Below, in pieces: positions 54,499 to 64,000 of a stretch of DNA of 64,000 bases. The number at the start of each line of letters is the position of its first letter. Position 1 is the stretch's first letter. Position numbers and translations under genes: made by a program. The notes beneath the pieces were generated by a model. It had not been told where the DNA came from and did not search any database. It saw nothing but the letters and a program-made list of their open reading frames with translations. Origin of the DNA: Octopus bimaculoides (lineage: Eukaryota). The stretch is from contig NC_068997.1 in assembly GCF_001194135.2 (NCBI RefSeq), forward strand, positions 47,514,958 to 47,578,957, given 5' to 3'.

Positions 54499-57400
54499 AA
54501 CAATATATGAGTATGTGCATATGTATGTACACATAGATACATATCTGGGTACATGATGTTGCAAAAAAACATGAACAAAATGATAAACAAGGTACAAAAA
54601 ATAAGCAGGCCACATAGAGAACATATCCTTCATCAGCTGCCACCATTACACAGTAAGTTTTGAACTATATATATAAATTTATATATATATATAGAATCAG
54701 TAGGGTATATAATACCACTTGCTAAAATGTGTGTATGTGTGTGTATATATTTTTTCATGGTTTAACAATTATCAAAATTTACAATGTTCAGTTATTTCTA
54801 ACAACAGAAACTAGACTCTGAGGAATAAAATGGTGGTTTGTAATGACTAAAAACAGCTAATGTCACTGATTAAATATTAGTGCTTCTCCTGTGAGGAGAG
54901 GTAGGAGCCTCCTTCAGAGCCCCTTAAAAGGGCTCTCTACTTGTAACATTTGACTTACCCTCTCCTCATTGCACACAAATGCATGCTATTTTACCAATTT
55001 TATTTCTAATAACACTTGACAAATACTTATATTTGAAGGGCATCCAGCTGTAAAAACTGTGCCAAAACAGACACAGAAGTCTGGTCCTGCCTGACCAGCT
55101 CCTGTCAAACCGTCCAACCCATACCAGCATGGAAGGTGGACGTTAAATGGTGATGATGATATATATTCTTTTATTGTTTTACTTGTTTCAGTCATTTAAC
55201 TGTGGCCACGCTGAAGCACCACCTTAAAAGGTTTTTTAGCCAAAGAAATCAACTCCAGAACTTATTCTTTGTAATCCTAGTACTTATTCTATCAGTATGT
55301 TTTGCTGAACTGCTAATTACAGGGATGTAAACACACCAACATCAGTTGTCAAGCAATGGGGGTGGGGGTGGGGCAAACATAGGCACAAAGACGTACACAC
55401 ATAAATGTATGCATACATATATACACACACATATATATATGACGGACTTGTTTCAGTGTAATGGCATGATGTTCTTATTTTTCCAACTCCCAACCTCAGT
55501 GACTAAAGGATCATCAGTTTCTTGAATGTGCCATGTATACGAGGGGGGTATTGAAAAGTTCCTGGCTTTAAGAGCATCGCAAAAGGTTGGAGGCTCTACC
55601 TTCCAAGTTCTTTTACAGGGCTTAGAGAAACCGAAGGACCACTGCAGTAAGTGTGTCTGTCTGAGAGGGGAATATACTGAATTAAATCATAATTAACTGA
55701 TTCTCCTGGATTTTCTTTTATCCAAAGCCAGGAACTTTTTGGCAACCCCTCATAGTTGTGGGAAAGAGCTGGAAGCATCTGGCCAAGAGAAAAACGCATT
55801 TTCAGCAATCAGATTTGAATAAGGTGATCAAGTTTGTCCAGTAATTTCATTAACATCGTAAATGGCAACTTCTGTGGGTTGGTGAAGGCCAACACCATGT
55901 TGCTCAAGGTAGCAGAGTTCAGAATCAGACATGGTGCAAAGGGATATCAGGTATAAGCCCTATCCAATGAGTAAAGGGGAAGTTTGTGTTGGGCAAGACT
56001 CAAGAAAAACTATGTGACCATGTGATTCCCCCCACCTCATCATGTAATTCTCACATGATTTGAATCCTTTGAATTCCTGTATATGTTAGAGTTGGGAATT
56101 AGCCAACTGCTCAAAAGTGCCAAAGACTTACTGAAGGCTGTTGTCATGGATGTGGTGGATAGCAGTTGATTTTGATGTGACCCTGAAAGTGATTTTGTGA
56201 AATCAACTGTACTCTGATGAGCCTAGTAGAAATGTATGGGCAGTTATTCAGGGAGTGTTTAGTTTTTTCTTTCCTTGAGTTCAGTTTGTTCCCAAATAAT
56301 ACCTGACACAGTCTGCATGTGTGAGTGTGTGTGAGAGAGAGAGCATATGAGTGTGTATGTGTGTGTATACATATATGTATAAATTCTACATGCAAATTAA
56401 ATACATAAATTAAGGCATATTTCTGGTTAATTCAAAGGCAATGATGTTAAAATATACAATATCTAATGACAAAAACTATTACATGATTTTTAGCTGCAAT
56501 TTTTGCTGGAAATTCTGTCTTTAAATTCATGTTGTTGTGTTTTACCTGATGTTTCACTTAACATAAGTACTTTGGGAATATCTAAAAATAACATTTAATC
56601 TTTTTTCTTTTCTGTCTGAGAGTTTATATTTTTAACTAAAATTATCTGTTAAAAATATAATTATCTGTTAAAAATATGTCTAACAGATAATTTTAGTTAA
56701 AAATGTAAGACAACAGTTAACATGCCCTGTAATACCATGTAACAAAATACAGAAAAGATTGTGAAAATCCTTTCTGAAAGCTGACCAAATGGCAGAAGAA
56801 ACAACACTCACCGGGTTATACTCTCTCGGAAATGATGAGTTGCATATTCCAGCATTGGGAAATTCCCTTCGGCTACAGCACTCACTGAACTGCTGTCACT
56901 TCTGGTGTCTGTATGGCCATTCAAAAATATTGGCTGAAAAATCATAGATTTAGGTTCAGTTTCAGAAACTAATAGGGAATCTTTCTCTTGTTTTCTTTTC
57001 TTCACAAAAATAACAATGAGGAAAAGTTCTCCAACAATTTAATTTCAAATGAAATAGATAATAAGAACCACTTCATAAAACTAATTTGAGTGTTATTGCT
57101 GTTTCTTCTTAGCAGTACACTTGTGTGGTGTGCACATGTCTGACAAAAAAATATGCACACACAAAGTTTAGTAGATGTATTCGAATTTTTTTTAATTGGA
57201 TTAATTTTTTTTTTTTGTCATCAGTAATTATTTACTGAAGTACACCTGAACATTGTGAATCAATCAAACCTGCTTTGCTTTCCTTTAAACATATCTTTCT
57301 ATTGAAACTGGTGTACCATCCATGATGATATTTTCAATCAATCGGTTTTTCTTTGAAATTGGAGGTACCTAAACCCTTTCTCTCATATTTCCATTCTATG

Positions 57401-57806
57401 CGGCAGCTGGACACATGTCTTTCATTTTCTTAAATGACATGTAACTGGAGGAAGATTTGGCTGTTATTTTTAGCAGTTTGGATGACCACATAGAACATAC
57501 CTCATCGTTTGGTGGTGTAATAAAAATATTTAGTAGGTTGGTCAAATTTTAAGACAAAGACTTGGAGTATAGTTACACCCAATACATTTGCTTTTCTTTC
57601 TCTCATTACCCCTACAAAATTCACCCAACTCTGAGTCCCATATCAACCACTATTCCCAGTCCTTCTACCCCAGAACATCACCCAACTTGAATATTCTCTA
57701 TGACCATGTTTTTCCAATAACCATCAACTTGCAGCTGTTTAAGAGTTGCCTTAATCTTGGAGGGTCAGTGAATGGCCATGGAGACCAAATCAATAATGTG
57801 TGTGTA

Positions 57807-57878
<72 letters not shown>

Positions 57879-60800
57879 CGTAGATATATATACATATTTA
57901 TATACACTCACATATGTACAGATATATACATACACACACACATATATACAGATATATATGTATGAAGAAACAAAAAATATTTAAAAAGCCACAATAAAAA
58001 AAATAGAAACAGCTCCTGTGTTGTTTCACCCACTTGGTAATAAAAATAAAGCTATATGAAAAAACATAAAATCGCTGTTAGTTGCTGTTACAAACCAAAA
58101 CGGGTTGATATAATGTACTGCTTTTATATCACCTGGTCAATGAGTGGTGCAGAGGTGGGGGTATTTGATGAGTAGATAAAAAGGGAAGACCAAGAATGGA
58201 GAATTGCAAATAAGGCATAAATTGGGAAAATGCAGGAAAATGTTGCATTTGTTGTTTGATGAGCAGAAAGAAAATACCAAAACTGCAAAAATAGAGATTG
58301 AGAGAAAAAAATTGTGATTTGTTTATCAGTCAAGACCATCTGTGACTGAACGAACCATCATATCTGATGAAAAATTAAAGAATTACAACTTAATTGCAGA
58401 GTAAATTAAATTTGACCAATAAGTTCCACAAGATTTTAATGATGTGAATATGGTTTTAGCTTTAAAAAAATAACCCTCAAGTGAAACCCTATTTTGGTTT
58501 CTCTGGTTTCAATAAAAACACACCATGAACAATAAAAGCATTAGTGGTTGATATTTTTGAAGTTTGGCAATGTTAGTTAAAAACTTTCAACATGTTCAGC
58601 TTTCAAAGCAAAAAATATCTTAGTATTGTGCTGAAAAACAGAGGAGTTAAGGAGATACCAAGATGTGCAACAATGAAGAGTAATTGTAATATACCACTGT
58701 ATAGGATGGTCTCCTAGCATTTACCACAGAAAAAGCCCTGTTGGGTACATTTGTATGCTTCATGGGTTCTGAATAGATCTGAAAAAGTGTGTACATAACA
58801 GAGGAATTGACAAATAAAAGTTATCTGAATAAGAGAGCATAGCTGTACATTGTACCATGGTACTCCCAGTACAGAGAGAGAGAGAGAGACAAAGTGTGTG
58901 TTTGTGTGAACTCAGCCTTACAGTGAATAATAAAATGCTTTAAAGTGATATTTCGTGATAGGTGTTAGGATATTTAATGCAAGAATCAAACTAAAAAAGA
59001 ATTGAAGAGGAAAGGAATTAAAAAAAAAATTCCTATCAGTCAGAAATTATTTATATTTTGATTCTTTTGGCAAGACATCATCATCATTGCTTTTCTTTGT
59101 TTCAGTCATTTGACTGTGGCCATGCTGGAGCACTGCCTTTAGTTGAAATCGGCCCCAGAATGTATTCTTTGTAAGCCTAGTACTTATTCTATCGGTCTCT
59201 TATGCTGAACAGCTAAGTTACAGGGACCAGCATTATTTGTCAAGCGATGTTGCAGGGACAAACATATATACATACATTATATATATATATATATATAACT
59301 GACAGAACCATCATATCTGATGAAGAAATAGAACTTAATTGCAAAGTGGATTAAATTTGACCAATAAGATTTACTAGATTTTGATGATGTAAATATGGTT
59401 TTAGCTTTAAAAAATAACCCTCAAGTGAAACCTTATTTTAGTTTCCCTGGTTTCAATAGCACGTGTTTCAATTGCATTAGATTTCCTCAGAGAAACACAG
59501 ACTTCACTGTATTTGCCAAAGTTGTGATCAGAGAAACATAAAGTAAATGTTGGAGGAGGTAATTAAAACTTAGCTCATTCATTAGAGCTTTTCAACAGGT
59601 CATTTACTGGTCTATTGCATTTACGATGGTGACAATGATGAATGAGTCTGTAATTTCGGTGCAATAAGTACTATAGATATTTTAGTGCAATTATTTTCAA
59701 TTTTTAGATTATATATGTTATTGAACGATACACAATTTTTTGCTGCAGTGTCCATGACTACCTGAGGTCATAGAAGGTCAAAGATAATTGTTTTATCAGT
59801 TTCAGCTCGAAGTTGTGGCCATGCTTTTTTTCATTAGCTTGTGTGTATGTGTGAGAGAGAGTGTGAGTGTGCACGTAAAAATGAATTAAAACAAAGAAAC
59901 GCATCTTTACCGCATCTCTTGAAGCTGTAAGAACTTCGTGTCGAGGCATGAGACGGACGTATTCTTCAGGAAAGAATCCAACATTACCATTCAATGAACC
60001 ATAGAGCCATCCTGAAAAACACAGAAGAAAACATATGTTAGAAACAAAGTCTGAATCAGAAATGTGAATTCTGAAATTTAATTAAATCTTGAACAATTAA
60101 TTGTATGAATCTGAGGGTGAGTGATATTTGATGAGGGTTACGAGATTGAAATGTTAGGAAATACAAAAAACAAAAGTGAAATAGTTGTGTATAAAGTATT
60201 TAACACAAAAGCAAGGATCTGTCTTATGGTCCAGTCAGTTTAACAGTCAATAGGTACCATGAAGAGGTCACTGCAACACACAGTAGAATATAGGTCATAT
60301 AGATCACTGCAAGACAATAGAATATAGGTGGTATAGGTCAGTAGAATACAGGTTATATAGGTCACTGCAATACACAGTAGAATAATGTTTAATCAATAAA
60401 TGCTGCATAGTTTAACCCTTTAGCATTTAAACCAGCTATATCTGGCCAAAATATCCTACCCATCTTATGTTCAAGCTAGTCATATCCAGCCTCTTACACC
60501 TATCCAACAATGTCATTCTAAAAATGAACAATCACATCATTGAAATCTCAAAGCCACAAGATAATGCATAATTAATTGAAAACAATGAGAATGAATAAAC
60601 ATCATTACATTTGAGAGAGTAATCTGAATGCAGAAGGGTTCAAAGTGAATTTGAAACTCTGTGACATTCCTACTTAGGAAAGAAGATATGGCATAGTTGT
60701 CGATTACTGTAAACACTAGCATAATCTTCAACAATGGCAAGAGGTGTAGTGTTAAAGGAATTAAAGAATAGAATGAAGGCTAAAGATTGAACACTTGATT

Positions 60801-61938
60801 GATTGTGAATGTCTTAGATTGACAAGATGAAGCAAGATGTAATTCATTGAGAGGATGAAAGGTTCTGTTTGGAGACAACTTGGTCATTGGAGATGAGGCA
60901 CTATAAAAGTAGTTTTAATTTTTCTGTTGGTTTCAGTAAGTAGACAGAGGTCATGCTGGAGCAGTACAGAATATTATGATTAAGAATTAGAGGGACAAGT
61001 GTGGTGGGTGTCTTTAAGAGCGGAGGGTAGGTTTAAGAGTGATTGTCAGGTTTAAGTGGAGGAAGAATTTTACAGAATATAAAAAGAAATAGGTTTGGAA
61101 TTTAATAACAGAAGTGAGTTAGTTCCCAGATAGAGCATGATTTGTCTAGACTCAGTGCTAGGGGTCCCATCATTATTCCTTGCTCACTCAGCGCTAGGGA
61201 TCCTGTCATTCATTATTCCTTGCTCTGCTAATGTTACAAGTTAAAAGCTTAACTACAATTCACAGCATATAGTAAAAAAGAAGGGGAAAAAAAAGAGTTA
61301 ATGGAAACAGTCTTTTCAAACATTCAAATATGAGAGAAATTAATTAATTATGATGGTGATGTCAAAAATTAGATAGCAATTTTCAGGTGCAATGAATAAA
61401 TCAATGTATAACAGATATGATTTTGAAGCTAGGTGTAATGTGGAAACATAATCACTCAAACTCAGTTATATGAAACATTGTTGTCTACATAGACCAGACC
61501 AGGTGTGAGGGAACCTTTTTCATAGCAGTACAATTATATAAAGAATGTATGGAAGGGTCAGGAAAATTGGCTGATAGAAATAATAAATCTATAATTTTAC
61601 TAAATTCATAAGTATCAAAATTACACTAAATTAATTGAGGATTAAGTAACTACATGATTCATAATCATTTCCTCATTTACATATCATCATCCTCACTTAA
61701 TGTCCATCTTCTGTGCTGGCATGGGTTGGGTGGTTTGACAGGAGTTGGCCCGGCAGAAAATTGCACCAGACTTCTGTTTCTGTTTTAGCACAGTTTTTAT
61801 GGCTGGATACCCTTCCTAACACCAACCACCTACCCAGCAGCGTGGACTATATACATACACACACACATTTATATATATATATATATATATACATAGGAAA
61901 GTGAAAAAAAGCCAGAATGCTGAACTGGAAGCATAATT

Positions 61939-61972
<34 letters not shown>

Positions 61973-62382
61973 CACACCAGAGTAAGCGCATAAATGTGAA
62001 AATGTATTGTGACCTTTAAATAAATAACATTTATCTCTCAGCAGATGGAGTACTTTTTTTGTTGAATTTTCTATCATGGATCAGTATGTTATATATATAT
62101 ATTTTATACATATACCATACACATACACACGTGCGTGTGTATGTAGATTGTTTGAAGTGGTGTACAGATTTTATATATTAAGAAAAACGAGTTAGTCAGA
62201 ATTTTGGGTAACTATTTATTTAGTGCTTTCATCTCATTTCAGATAAATCATCAGGAATGATATCTTTACAGAAAATTCATACCTTTTATATATATGTGAG
62301 GTAGTTGGAAAAAATCTGGAGTTGAATGGGGAAGAGAATGTTCTTTTGTTATTTTGAATCTATAAGCGTATGTGTGTGTGTG

Positions 62383-62438
<56 letters not shown>

Positions 62439-62997
62439 CCGGAGTAAGCACATAAAATGTGCAACAAGGTAGAAAAAAGAGTACTCAAATACCAGAGGTA
62501 GGGTAATATGCTTTATTTAAAAGCAGCAGAAATATAACAAATGACTGTTACTCGGAGTTTCACATTCCCGTTCATCAGACAAATGTCTGATGAACGGGAA
62601 CATGAAACTCTGAGTAACAGTCATTTGTTATATTTCTGCTGCTTTTAAATGAAGTATATATATATATATGTGCGTGTGTGTAATGCACTGAATCTAGTGC
62701 TGATTTGTATTGATAAAATAGTAGGTCTAAAACGTTTGTTAAGTGAAATAAATTATCTTGCTATGAGGTAAAAGACAAGTCTGGTATTTTGGGCAGAATG
62801 TTTTGTTGGAGAGAGATTCATAAAATATTTACTGAGTAAGATAACCCATCCCCTTGATTGATGTTAAACATTGAAAACTAACCTTCATCAAGTGTCTCAC
62901 CAGCATCCATCAATTTGATGACATCTTTACCTTTAAAGGACAACAGGGTCGGTTGATCAACAATGTAGTCTTTTAACGCAAAGGCAAACTTGCTACC
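28517..62997 (-). CDS. MYO15: Unconventional myosin XV-like gene, 3' part (SH3-MyTH4-FERM tail), 20 exons, 644 aa plus stop; 5' part outside window
   Basis: 20 GT-AG exons join in consistent phase without internal stops. Motifs: SH3 (ALKDY..., [19 protein letters not shown]), MyTH4 ([34 protein letters not shown]), FERM end ([19 protein letters not shown]), which resembles invertebrate class XV rather than class VII. Confidence 0.93.
29798..29932 (-). CDS. MYO15: MYO15 exon 19 ([45 protein letters not shown])
   Basis: poly-T CAG acceptor, GTAAGT donor, 135 nt, phase 0 to 0. Confidence 0.94.
31026..31103 (-). CDS. MYO15: MYO15 exon 18 ([26 protein letters not shown])
   Basis: ttttggtttTAG-type acceptor, GTGAGT donor, 78 nt, phase 0 to 0; LAINK-x-GI motif. 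Confidence 0.92.
31377..31560 (+). mobile_element. RTE LINE 3' terminal fragment
   Basis: [20 protein letters not shown]...LGLTEE...W.FAVLDK; similar fragments at about 45225-45360 and 42590-42770. Confidence 0.7.
32553..32602 (-). CDS. MYO15: MYO15 exon 17 ([17 protein letters not shown])
   Basis: ctcttctttCAG acceptor, GTAAGT donor, 50 nt, phase 1 to 0; FERM W-x-LFG-S-x-FF motif. Confidence 0.93.
33204..33343 (-). CDS. MYO15: MYO15 exon 16 ([46 protein letters not shown])
   Basis: tttttCAG acceptor, GTAAGT donor, 140 nt, phase 2 to 1. Confidence 0.92.
33990..34380 (-). mobile_element. RTE LINE 3' end with zinc finger
   Basis: AWRSL...EEKRR and [11 protein letters not shown](I)SRIGLVSH. 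Confidence 0.7.
34922..34986 (-). CDS. MYO15: MYO15 exon 15 ([21 protein letters not shown])
   Basis: tttttttgCAG acceptor, GTAAGT donor, 65 nt, phase 0 to 2. Confidence 0.88.
35669..35743 (-). CDS. MYO15: MYO15 exon 14 ([25 protein letters not shown])
   Basis: CAG acceptor, GTAAGT donor, 75 nt, phase 0 to 0. Confidence 0.88.
36270..36502 (+). mobile_element. Mariner transposase C-terminal remnant with terminal inverted repeat
   Basis: [19 protein letters not shown]...YQRGIE...NNGEYII; ends ggcaggaacttagttgccaaccca-TA. Confidence 0.8.
36788..36966 (-). CDS. MYO15: MYO15 exon 13 ([59 protein letters not shown])
   Basis: tttCAG acceptor, GTAAGA donor, 179 nt, phase 1 to 0. Confidence 0.92.
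37965..38520 (+). mobile_element. RTE (BovB-like) LINE 3' fragment
   Basis: ESWTL...QLRWSGHL...RIPKQLL.GQ...RP and a C-terminal CHC...H zinc-finger remnant. Confidence 0.8.
38958..39048 (-). CDS. MYO15: MYO15 exon 12 ([30 protein letters not shown])
   Basis: TAG acceptor after a T tract, GTAAGT donor, 91 nt, phase 0 to 1. Confidence 0.92.
39163..39264 (+). ncRNA. Hammerhead-like motif with long stem II inside an inverted repeat
   Basis: CTGAGGA 39184-39190; gctataag/cttatagc stem; GAAA 39245-39248; caactg-TA; cattagct/agctaatg stem I. Confidence 0.55.
40711..40794 (-). CDS. MYO15: MYO15 exon 11 (FERM start: [28 protein letters not shown])
   Basis: tttttTAG-type acceptor, GTAAGT donor, 84 nt, phase 0 to 0. 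Confidence 0.87.
40880..41370 (+). mobile_element. SINE family C with internal 66-bp tandem array
   Basis: aaaagcacc recurs at 40881, 40947, about 41013, 41079, 41145; GAT tail. Other family C copies at about 16750-16995, 31590-31780, 35155-35360, 43922-44100, 49128-49330, 49570-49720, 51757-51970, 55035-55160, 61682-61845. Confidence 0.75.
43069..43163 (-). CDS. MYO15: MYO15 exon 10 ([31 protein letters not shown])
   Basis: CAG acceptor, GTAAGT donor, 95 nt, phase 1 to 0; end of MyTH4. Confidence 0.95.
44238..44374 (-). CDS. MYO15: MYO15 exon 9 ([45 protein letters not shown])
   Basis: tttttCAG acceptor, GTGAGT donor, 137 nt, phase 2 to 1. Confidence 0.93.
46156..46238 (-). CDS. MYO15: MYO15 exon 8 ([27 protein letters not shown])
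   Basis: CAG acceptor, GTGAGT donor, 83 nt, phase 0 to 2; MyTH4 signature. Confidence 0.95.
46431..46496. repeat. 29-bp inverted repeat with an 8-nt loop
   Basis: 2 mismatches; contains GAAACAGCTGTC. Confidence 0.85.
49867..49937 (-). CDS. MYO15: MYO15 exon 7 ([24 protein letters not shown])
   Basis: tttCAG acceptor, GTAAGT donor, 71 nt, phase 1 to 0; MGD motif of MyTH4. Confidence 0.92.
51466..51538 (-). CDS. MYO15: MYO15 exon 6 (MyTH4 start: [24 protein letters not shown])
   Basis: poly-T TAG acceptor, GTAAG donor, 73 nt, phase 0 to 1. Confidence 0.92.
51560..51750 (+). mobile_element. Tc1/mariner transposase remnant
   Basis: [11 protein letters not shown] resembles the (W)PPxSPDLNPxD motif. 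Confidence 0.45.
52607..52818. mobile_element. piggyBac-type MITE family 2, inserted in a SINE
   Basis: CCCTTT...AAAGGG-TTAA; interrupts the family C element at about 52330-52990. Confidence 0.8.
53579..53631 (-). CDS. MYO15: MYO15 exon 5 ([17 protein letters not shown])
   Basis: CAG acceptor, GTAACT donor, 53 nt, phase 1 to 0. Confidence 0.85.
54324..54349 (-). CDS. MYO15: MYO15 exon 4, 26-nt micro-exon ([10 protein letters not shown])
   Basis: attttttgtaTAG-type acceptor, GTAAGT donor; supplies the required phase 2 to 1 bridge between 56812 and 53631. Confidence 0.85.
55540..55752 (+). mobile_element. Mariner-derived MITE
   Basis: Imperfect TIRs (cgaggggggtattgaaaagttcctggcttt / aaagccaggaactttttggcaacccctca), TA on both sides, internal GLEK...KCV.LRGEY remnant. 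Confidence 0.8.
56812..56999 (-). CDS. MYO15: MYO15 exon 3 (linker: KRKQEKD...[29 protein letters not shown])
   Basis: GTGAGT donor; [10 protein letters not shown] matches the pre-MyTH4 motif. The acceptor is an inferred AAG after a pyrimidine tract, chosen for phase 0. Confidence 0.75.
58352..59458 (+). repeat. Diverged direct repeat of about 160 bp (58352-58514 and 59305-59458)
   Basis: Shared gaaccatcatatctgatga...aaataaccctcaagtgaaacc...ggtttcaata. Confidence 0.85.
59911..60011 (-). CDS. MYO15: MYO15 exon 2 (SH3 C-half: [34 protein letters not shown])
   Basis: gtttttCAG acceptor, GTAAAG donor (less certain), 101 nt, phase 1 to 0. Confidence 0.88.
60416..60638. mobile_element. piggyBac-type MITE family 1, second copy
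   Basis: Colinear with 9828-10051; TTAA on the left, TTCA on the right. Confidence 0.75.
62437..62654. mobile_element. PLE-terminus-like element in (TA)n with a 71-bp-arm hairpin (62511-62581 / 62584-62654)
   Basis: 4 mismatches across 71 bp; flanked by TA microsatellites; each arm carries a hammerhead core. Confidence 0.75.
62545..62584 (-). ncRNA. Minimal type I hammerhead ribozyme-like motif (same strand as the MYO15 pre-mRNA)
   Basis: ttgt-CTGATGA-acg GGAA tgt-GAAA-ctccgag-TA-acag; stems I, II and III can all form. Confidence 0.7.
62883..62997 (-). CDS. MYO15: MYO15 exon 1 in window (SH3 N-half: [38 protein letters not shown])
   Basis: ttttcttttCAG acceptor, GTTAGT donor, 115 nt, phase 0 to 1. 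Confidence 0.92.
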
Positions 62998-63617
62998 CTG
63001 AAAAGAAAATAGAAATAGTGGAGACAAGTCTTTAAGTGTTATCATCCTGTATTTAACACGAAGAAACATTATGCACACGATCAAAGACATGTATGTATAG
63101 ATCATACACATATACTAGCACAAATATATATCTTTATAGATACAGGGGTAATATATATACATATACTATGTATTGTAAAATGGGTTACATATTCAGTTAT
63201 CTTTGGTACTGGCCTTCTGTCAGCTACAACCACAAGTGTTCAATTTGAACTGATCAATGGAACAGCCAGCTTGTGAAATTAAAGTGCAAGTGGCTGAGTG
63301 CTCCACAGACATGTGAAGCCTTAACGTAGTTCTCAGGTAGATCCAGTGTGACACAGAGTGTGACAAGGCTGACCTTTTTGAATTACCGGTTCGACTCATT
63401 TTTGCTAGCTGAGTGGACTGGAGCAATGTGAAACAAAGTGTCTTGCTCAAGGACACAATGCACCACTGGAAATTGAACTCACAATCTTACGATCATGAGC
63501 TGAACACCCCTAACAACTAATCCACATACCTTCATGATTACCTTTGAAATAATTAAAAATACACGCTGGAGTTGAAGTTTCCATATAACATTTATTACAA
63601 TAAAAACCATTTCTTAA

Positions 63618-64000
63618 CCCTTTTGTTACCATATTACTGTTGAGATGCTCCGTGTTTCTTTTAATCAGTTTTCAATATAACAAAGTGCCATGCAAATGAC
63701 ACCCGTGCCGGTAGCATGTAAAAGCACCCATTACACTCTCAGAGTGGTTGGCATTAGGAAGGGCATCCAGCTGTAGAAAACCATGCCAAATCAGACTGGA
63801 GTCTGGTGCAGCCTTCCAACATGCCAGCCCAGTCAAACTGTCCAACCCATACCAGCATGGACAACAGACGTTAAGTAATGATGATGAAAGAATTTAGTAA
63901 AATAACTTAGTCATCATTAAGCTAGTGTTAGGAACATAAATTGCGAGTAAGGTTTGGGGGAAGATTTTAATTCAGAACTTTTGGAAACCAGACATCTGTA
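63618..64000. mobile_element. piggyBac-type MITE family 2, interrupted by a SINE and cut by the window end
   Basis: TTAA-CCCTTTTGTTACC; colinear with 52607-52818 on both sides of 63686-63886. Confidence 0.75.
63686..63886 (+). mobile_element. SINE family C (GAT-repeat tail) inserted in a MITE
   Basis: Flanked by aaag/aaag; ends gacgttaagtaatgatgatg. Confidence 0.75.

Noticed and set aside
53929-54633. 234-aa minus-strand ORF
   Set aside because: Mostly microsatellite translation; only the 26-nt micro-exon inside it is supported
56214-56240. Other CTGATGA heptamers (56214, about 58364, about 59318)
   Set aside because: No stem II, or no GAAA-stem III-UH in register; chance matches
28517-62997. 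Myosin VII as the identity of the SH3-MyTH4-FERM gene
   Set aside because: The FERM end ([19 protein letters not shown]) and the MyTH4 end ([14 protein letters not shown]) fit class XV as I recall them; MYO7 has SNWSSGNTYFH and CETSLGYKMDDL-type motifs. A phylogeny would settle it

Overview
AT-rich, microsatellite- and SINE-dense animal genomic DNA with nine N-gaps. The repeat families look cephalopod, probably Octopus (inference from recalled repeat motifs, not a search). The main feature is the 3' part of a class XV unconventional myosin gene on the minus strand. I reconstructed 20 phase-consistent GT-AG exons (62997 down to the stop at 28517; 1935 nt, 644 aa plus stop) encoding SH3-MyTH4-FERM, including a 26-nt micro-exon; the 5' part lies beyond the window. 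The rest is mostly transposon debris: three SINE-like families, RTE and L1/Tx1 LINE fragments, mariner remnants, TTAA-flanked piggyBac-type MITEs, and an internally deleted Penelope-like element (PLE). The most interesting non-gene signal is a set of hammerhead-ribozyme-like motifs from several distinct families (about 21.3, 24.8, 25.2, 39.2, 46.5 and 62.5 kb), most inside inverted repeats in or downstream of the myosin gene. None is shown to be active. CpG retention drops near 9.4 kb, and a few orphan exon-like segments hint at a second gene that I could not resolve. Exon boundaries were read base by base; most repeat boundaries are approximate.
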